From Octopus vulgaris (taxonomy: Eukaryota), in assembly GCA_951406725.2 (NCBI GenBank), contig OX597816.1, positions 67,766,001-67,830,000 of the forward strand: 64,000 nt of DNA, written 5' to 3'. Both the position numbers and the translations under genes were made by a program. The notes under the pieces are model-generated. The model ran no database searches and was not told the origin of the DNA. It saw only the letters and a list, made by a program, of their open reading frames with translations. Positions 58,323-64,000 of the stretch are shown here, piece after piece. Position 1 is the first letter of the stretch; each line of letters opens with the position of its first letter.

Positions 58323-58428
58323 CTGAAAAGCAAAATAGATTCATATAATCAGTAATTTTAATAATTTCTTACATTGATACAAGCTCACAAATTTGGCATA
58401 TATTTCTATCTTTATATATATATCTTTA

Positions 58429-58520
58429 TACTTCCGACATATGTTTCAAAGAAAACATTGATATTATTCCGGAGGGAATAAAATAATGTAAAACAATGCA
58501 GTCATCTCATCAGGGAAATA
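58429..58520 (-). ncRNA. Type I hammerhead ribozyme motif, intronic and in sense orientation
   Basis: Minus strand: TATTTCC-CTGATGA-[long stem II with CATTG/CAATG and TTATTCC/GGAATAA]-GAAA-C ATAT G-TC-GGAAGTA. 7-bp stem I and GUC cleavage triplet. Confidence 0.72.
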
Positions 58521-58741
58521 AAGAAAAACAAAACACATCAATAAACCATTTTAACCAAATGTGATTACTGCATATATGATGAAGGGGAACGCTTGCAAGT
58601 AATTTTTTAAAAAATCATTAATAGAATCGACTAAAAAAAGATTCAAGGTGGTGCCCCAGCATGGCCACAGTCTAATGACTGAAACAAGTAAAAGATATGT
58701 ATTTATGTATGTGTGTGTATATATATATATATATATGTATA

Positions 58742-58920
58742 CAAAGTTGGCCAAAAGTCACCTGAGAGTAAATCAAAATTCCATAAATACTTAATATTCA
58801 ATTTTATTTATTCATTTGGAAAAATATATTGCTCAAGAAGGACTTCAGTTTGAACAATTTTTATGATGTTTCATATTTAAATGCTTTTGATTTACTGTCA
58901 GGTGACTTTTGCCCAAACCT
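58742..58920. mobile_element. Tc1-type MITE (intronic)
   Basis: Inverted ends TTGG.CAAAAGTCACCTGA. TA at the left flank. Confidence 0.7.
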
Positions 58921-59679
58921 AAGCATTGGTCAGCTTGAGCTATAGTAGGAGACACTTGCCCAAGATACCATGCAGTAGGACTAGAACCCAAAACTACAAG
59001 GTTACAAAGCAAATACGTACATTCTTTCCACCACCGTCCCACCACACCAATAAATTTATCTTTGTCATACTTCTACTCTCACTTTGTGAGCTATGAGCCC
59101 CACTTTCCTAATCTAGTGGTGGTGCCACAAAAAGACATCCAGGACACTGTAAAGTGGTTGGTGTTAGAAAGGAACCATGACAAAACTGTGACACTGGAGC
59201 AAGATGTGGTCCTCTGACACATTGGACTCTGTTGAACACTCCAGCCCTCACTGCTATTATATCTCCTTTTTATCATTGCCCAGTCATTTCACACATTAAG
59301 CAGCAATGTTCTAATTTAAACCACTTTAGTCACTAAATATAAAATGAATACAAAATCAAAAACAACAATACATTATAAAACATAAAGGGAACAGTGTTTC
59401 CAATTGCTGTCAATCTGAAAGGGAGGAGAATACACACACACTCATATAGAGTGAGGAAACTGAATGTGGAGTTTGTGATACAATTGTCAACTGTAACATG
59501 TTAGTATTTACACTGACCATATCTGGCCCAAATATTCTCACAATTACACTAAAACAACATCGCAAAAATAAACATCATCACATCATCATCATGGTATAAT
59601 GTCCATTTTCCATGCTAGCAAGGGTTGGACAGTTCGACCAGGGTCTGGGAAGCCAGGAGGCAGCACCAGGTTTAGGGTT

Positions 59680-60152
59680 AGAATGAAATACAACACCAAT
59701 AACGAAGATTGATTATCAACAATATGATTTAATCTAAGAGATGATTCCACAACACTATGGGGTATGTTGTTTGTTTTGTTTTAAACATTCTTTTAGTATA
59801 TTTAATATTTAACAAAAAATGAATATCTAAATTACTAAATTTATTCCTAAGAACTTACTTGAAGTAGCTAAAGCTATAAATAATAGCATGTAGAATATTC
59901 AATTAAAAATATGCTTAGATAGAATAGAAAAAGTCAAAGTCTCTCAGGCAGCTTTTGACTTTATCCTATCCAAGGATAATTTATAGCTTTATCAACTTCA
60001 AGCTGCACCTTTCAAAGTGACTTATTAATTCATAAATATATTTTCTTGTTAAGCTGTCTTACATCTAGTTCTTCCATCAAAGCAAAATAAATAGGATGGT
60101 TCATTGCTGGAGTAATTATTTTTACAGCTGAAATGTCCTTCCTCACCTTGAC
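59680..60152 (+). repeat. About 460-bp direct duplication, copy 1
   Basis: Nearly identical to 62932-63388. Confidence 0.92.
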
Positions 60153-60302
60153 TAGTCTGATCTGGCAGTGTTTCTACAGCTGGATGCCCTTCCTAACGTC
60201 AACCACGAAGCAGTGAGAATATGGATGATGAATTCAAAGCAATGTGAATAAAATAAGCATTACATTTGACAGAGTAATCTGAATGCTAAAGGGTAGACCA
60301 AC

Positions 60303-60540
60303 CTTGAACCACGATTGAATGCTGCTTGTGGAGTTTGCTGTGGCTGTTGTGCCATAAAGCCGGGACCTTGCCGTTGGGATTGGTTAGCTGGAGGCTGTAT
60401 ACCTTGCATCATTGCTGGATTCTGAGCATTTGGGTAACTCTGACCAAAGTTCTGTGATAGCATGCCACTTGACACAGGATCCATGACAGCTGGCTGCTGG
60501 ATTGGCATGCCATTGTAGGAGTGGTAACTTGGATTCATGC
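60303..60540 (-). CDS. Penultimate exon of the Gln/Pro-rich (MED12-like) gene
   Basis: ttcctAG acceptor and AG|GTTGGT donor. MNPSYHSYNGMPIQQPAVMDP...QQPQQTPQAAFNRGSR splices in frame to 58322. Confidence 0.8.
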
Positions 60541-61534
60541 CTAGGAAATAAGGTAACAACAGCAATTGTATAGCAAGACAAGTGACAGTGACAAAACAAG
60601 AGATTCATCAAAACAGTACCAAAATGAAGGGTGTTGGTGCCTGGTCCCAGGTAAGTCCCAAGCTACACATGATCAAAGACATTCCAGACATAATCATCAC
60701 AACTTTAATTCATGTAGTCCTAGATATATTAAACATCACCTGAGCCACAAAATAAAGATTCACTTTCAATACTTACTGTGTGTGTGTGTGTGTGTAAAAA
60801 TATTCCACACTATCCCTAACTATTTCCTAATAAATCACAGAATTACATTATCCCAAGAATTATGTATTAATAATGGTTGCTTGTGTCATTTAATTTCTGT
60901 ATTAGTCTGGGGTTTTACAAATTCAGGCTGCTTCCATAATTTCTGTATTCTTGAAGCTATTTTGCAGTATGTATTGTTTATTCCTGGTCTCTCAAATTGA
61001 TGATGGTATTTCACAATGTGAGCGGCATAGCTTTAAACCAATTAGGCTTAAACACTAAGTACCCTCAGCTAAAGTATGAACATCACAGATTCCACACCAT
61101 TTTCACCTAAGCATATTCAAAACAACCAAAGCAATTCTAGCCAAATAATTCCAACTGAGAATCAAAACCTTTCCACTTTATTCAAACATCCATGACAATC
61201 ATGGACAAACTGCATCCCATGGCACTTTCTGAATGGCACATTTAATGAAAAATTACTTGAAATTCTTTTTAGTAGTGCAGTCCTACCTGATGATTAACCA
61301 TATCACATGCAGCCTTCTTTTCAAAAAAGGTTGCCCATGCTTGGTCTATGCCATCATGGTTTTATCATCATCATCATCATTTACTGCCCAATTTTCCATG
61401 ATTGCATGGGTTGGATGGAGTTTACTGAGGCAAATTTTCTACAGCCAGATGCCCTTCTAATCATCAACCCTCACCTGTTTTTCCAAGTAAGGTAATATTT
61501 CCTATAGCCAGTCATTCTTGCAGAATATTGGAAA

Positions 61535-62467
61535 CTAGCAGACATACCCGGCGTTGCTCGGGATTTAAATGGCATAGTTTGTATATATGATACAGTTAAG
61601 TTGAAGTATGTGATACAGGGAAGTGCAGCATTGACAAAATATTTGTGGAGTAAATGAAAGGCTAATTTGACTCAATGACATGTCATGCGTCTGTTTGGAA
61701 GATTCCAGCCCCTAACCTTGTCATGGAAAAGTAAGTGGGGTTATGTGATTTTTGAACGCATCAAAAAGCTCTCAGTGGTTATGCTCTCCTTTGCAGCTAT
61801 CGGCACTATTGCTATCACACTGAACAATCAGCAGACATAGGAACTACATCTGAGTGATAAATTAAGCCTATGGGTACGTTCAACAGCACCATGACAGAAA
61901 TCTTCGTGAAAGAAACAACGTGGTAAGATCGGGTGGGGATTGGCTGAAGCTGTTAATGCAGCATTCCTGGCCAGGCAAATACTACGCTGCTCATCACTTT
62001 CCATTGCCCTTGCAGTAGCTGTACATACAGCATTTTGTGATTGTCTAATTGAAATCTCACGTGATGATTCATTTGCTCCCCTTCTTTTCAATTTCTCTGC
62101 TAATGCCATTTTTTGGATCTCTTCTTTGAAGACATTATGTCAAAAAATATGACATAATAAACTAAGATGACAATTGTATGTTAATAATAATCTAATGTCA
62201 ATAAAAAAAGGTAAATAATATCAATATTTCAGCAAATTTTAAGAAAAAGTTACTTCCCAAAGAGTTACCTCCCTTCTCTACAGAAGTTGTACTTTCCCCA
62301 GGAAAGGGGGCTTTCTGGACCCAGAGGACCCATTACTCATTATGAGAAAAATTTTAAGAGTCTAAAGCCATCTCAGGAACATAAGCAATGCATGTTCCCA
62401 GTTTGAAGAAGAAAATCAGTTGCAAACTTCTGAAGTTATGCAGGTTTACACACGCACAAATACTGAG

Positions 62468-62480
<13 letters not shown>
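61535..62480 (-). mobile_element. Non-autonomous Helitron-like element (intronic)
   Basis: Minus-strand 3' end has hairpin CCCGAGCAACGCCGGG about 8 nt before CTAG|T. 5' end (TA)nAAAGCT. Internal peptide ESDEQRSICLARNA resembles RepHel N-terminal repeats. Confidence 0.7.
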
Positions 62481-62519
<39 letters not shown>

Positions 62520-62931
62520 AATGACATTACTTGTGACACACACACACATACTGAGCTTCTTTCCATTTCTGTTTACTGAATTCATTCACAAAGCTTTGTT
62601 CATCCTGGTGCTGCAGTAGAAGTTGCTTGCCCAAAGTGTCACATAGTGGGTCTGGATCCTAAACCATGCAGTTGGGAAACAAACTTCTTGACCGCAGAGC
62701 CATGCCAGTACCTTGTAGCCACAGATATTGGCTTCTAATTTTGGCACAAGGTCAGTGATTTCAGGGCAGGTTGAATACAATGACCCCAGTGCTCAAATGG
62801 TACTTAATTTATCGATCTTGAGAAGATGAAGGGTAAAGGCGATCTCAGTGGAATTTGAACCTTGGATGTAAATATGGACAACATGTTGCAAAACATTTTG
62901 CCTGCCATGCTCACAGTTCCCAGCTTATTAC

Positions 62932-63388
62932 AGAATGAAATACAACACCAATAACAAAGATTGATTATCAACAATATGGTTTAATCTAACAGATGATTCC
63001 ACAACACTATGGGGTACGTTGTTTGTTTTGTTTTAAACATTCTTTTAGTATATTTAATATGAACATCTTAAAGGATAAAATTTATTCATAAGTACTTGAA
63101 GTAGCTAAAGCTATAAATAATAGCATGTAGAATATTGAATTAAAAATATGCTTAGATAGATAGAAAAAGTCAAAGTCTCTCAGGCATCCTTTGACTTTAT
63201 CCTATCCAAGGATAATTTATAGCTTTATCAACTTCAAGCTGCACCTTTAAAAGTGACTTATTAATTCATAAATATATTTTCTTGTTAAACAGTCTTACAT
63301 CTAGTTCTTCCATCAAAGCAAAATAAATAAGATAGTACATTGCTGGAGTAATTACTTTTACAATTGAAATGTCCTTCCTTGCCTTGAC
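62932..63388 (+). repeat. About 460-bp direct duplication, copy 2
   Basis: Nearly identical to 59680-60152. Confidence 0.92.
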
Positions 63389-64000
63389 CATTCAGCCATA
63401 AAGACTAAGTGAAGCCTTTTACTTTCTATTTTTTCAGTTCAGTCAAGCAAATTGGGGCAAGAACATTAAATAATAATAATAATAATAATGATAATAATAA
63501 TAAAACCCTTAAAATAAGATAAATTTGTTTGTCATGAAAAGAATTGATTTCTGATATTTTTCATCAAAAAAGAGCCTTGCCCCAGAATGTTTCCCTTCTC
63601 TTTCACAAATCAAGAATTTTGAGAATTTATATTTTTCCCAGGAATAAGTATCTAGATGTCTTTGCTTTGATGTATGAAAGTAGTAACATTTTAACCATGA
63701 AGTCTGAAGCCTAATACATTAACCTCATGTCATCATCCTCATCATAGGTGATGATCTCTAATTGTAGCAAGAGCATGTGGAGCAGGTAGACCGAGGAAGA
63801 TGTGGGATCAAGTGGTAAAAAAGGACCAACAGACGTTGGGACTCACAAAGGGGATGATAGGGGAAAGAGACTCCTGGCGGTTTGCTGTGCTTGGAAAAAC
63901 ACATCAAGCTAAGTAAAAGTGTGATTACCCTTGCATACGGGCTCATCCCCTGCAACCCTTTCCAGCTGAGCATCCCTAATCTTACAGGCTCATAGGTGCT

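Noticed and set aside
58030-58326. Val/Ala-rich + strand ORF and the alternative-frame Asn/Ser ORF at 57754-58245
   Set aside because: Antisense and shifted-frame shadows of the polyQ exon. Splice phase supports only the Gln frame.
60566-64000. Further exons of the minus-strand gene
   Set aside because: No convincing open exon with splice sites and matching composition was found. The region appears intronic.

Overview
AT-rich, microsatellite-laden eukaryotic genomic DNA. The SINE repertoire and (TA)n load suggest an octopus-type cephalopod (inference). Two spliced host genes are partly present. On the + strand are the last four exons of an Ig-domain + trypsin-family serine protease with an intact catalytic triad (1104-10957). 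On the - strand are the last two exons of a Gln/Pro-rich protein resembling the MED12 C-terminus (57902-60540). The rest is transposable elements: several LINE families (one near full length), Penelope-like elements (PLEs), two Tc1/mariner copies, a Merlin cluster, hAT, Gypsy and Helitron relics, MITEs and many tRNA-derived SINEs. The least expected signal is a set of about six type I hammerhead-ribozyme motifs read by eye. One lies in sense orientation in the last intron of the MED12-like gene, one has a compensatory U3-A8 core, and one sits inside a long foldback. Most ORFs in the supplied track are microsatellite artefacts. No database searches were run, so family names rest on motif recognition.
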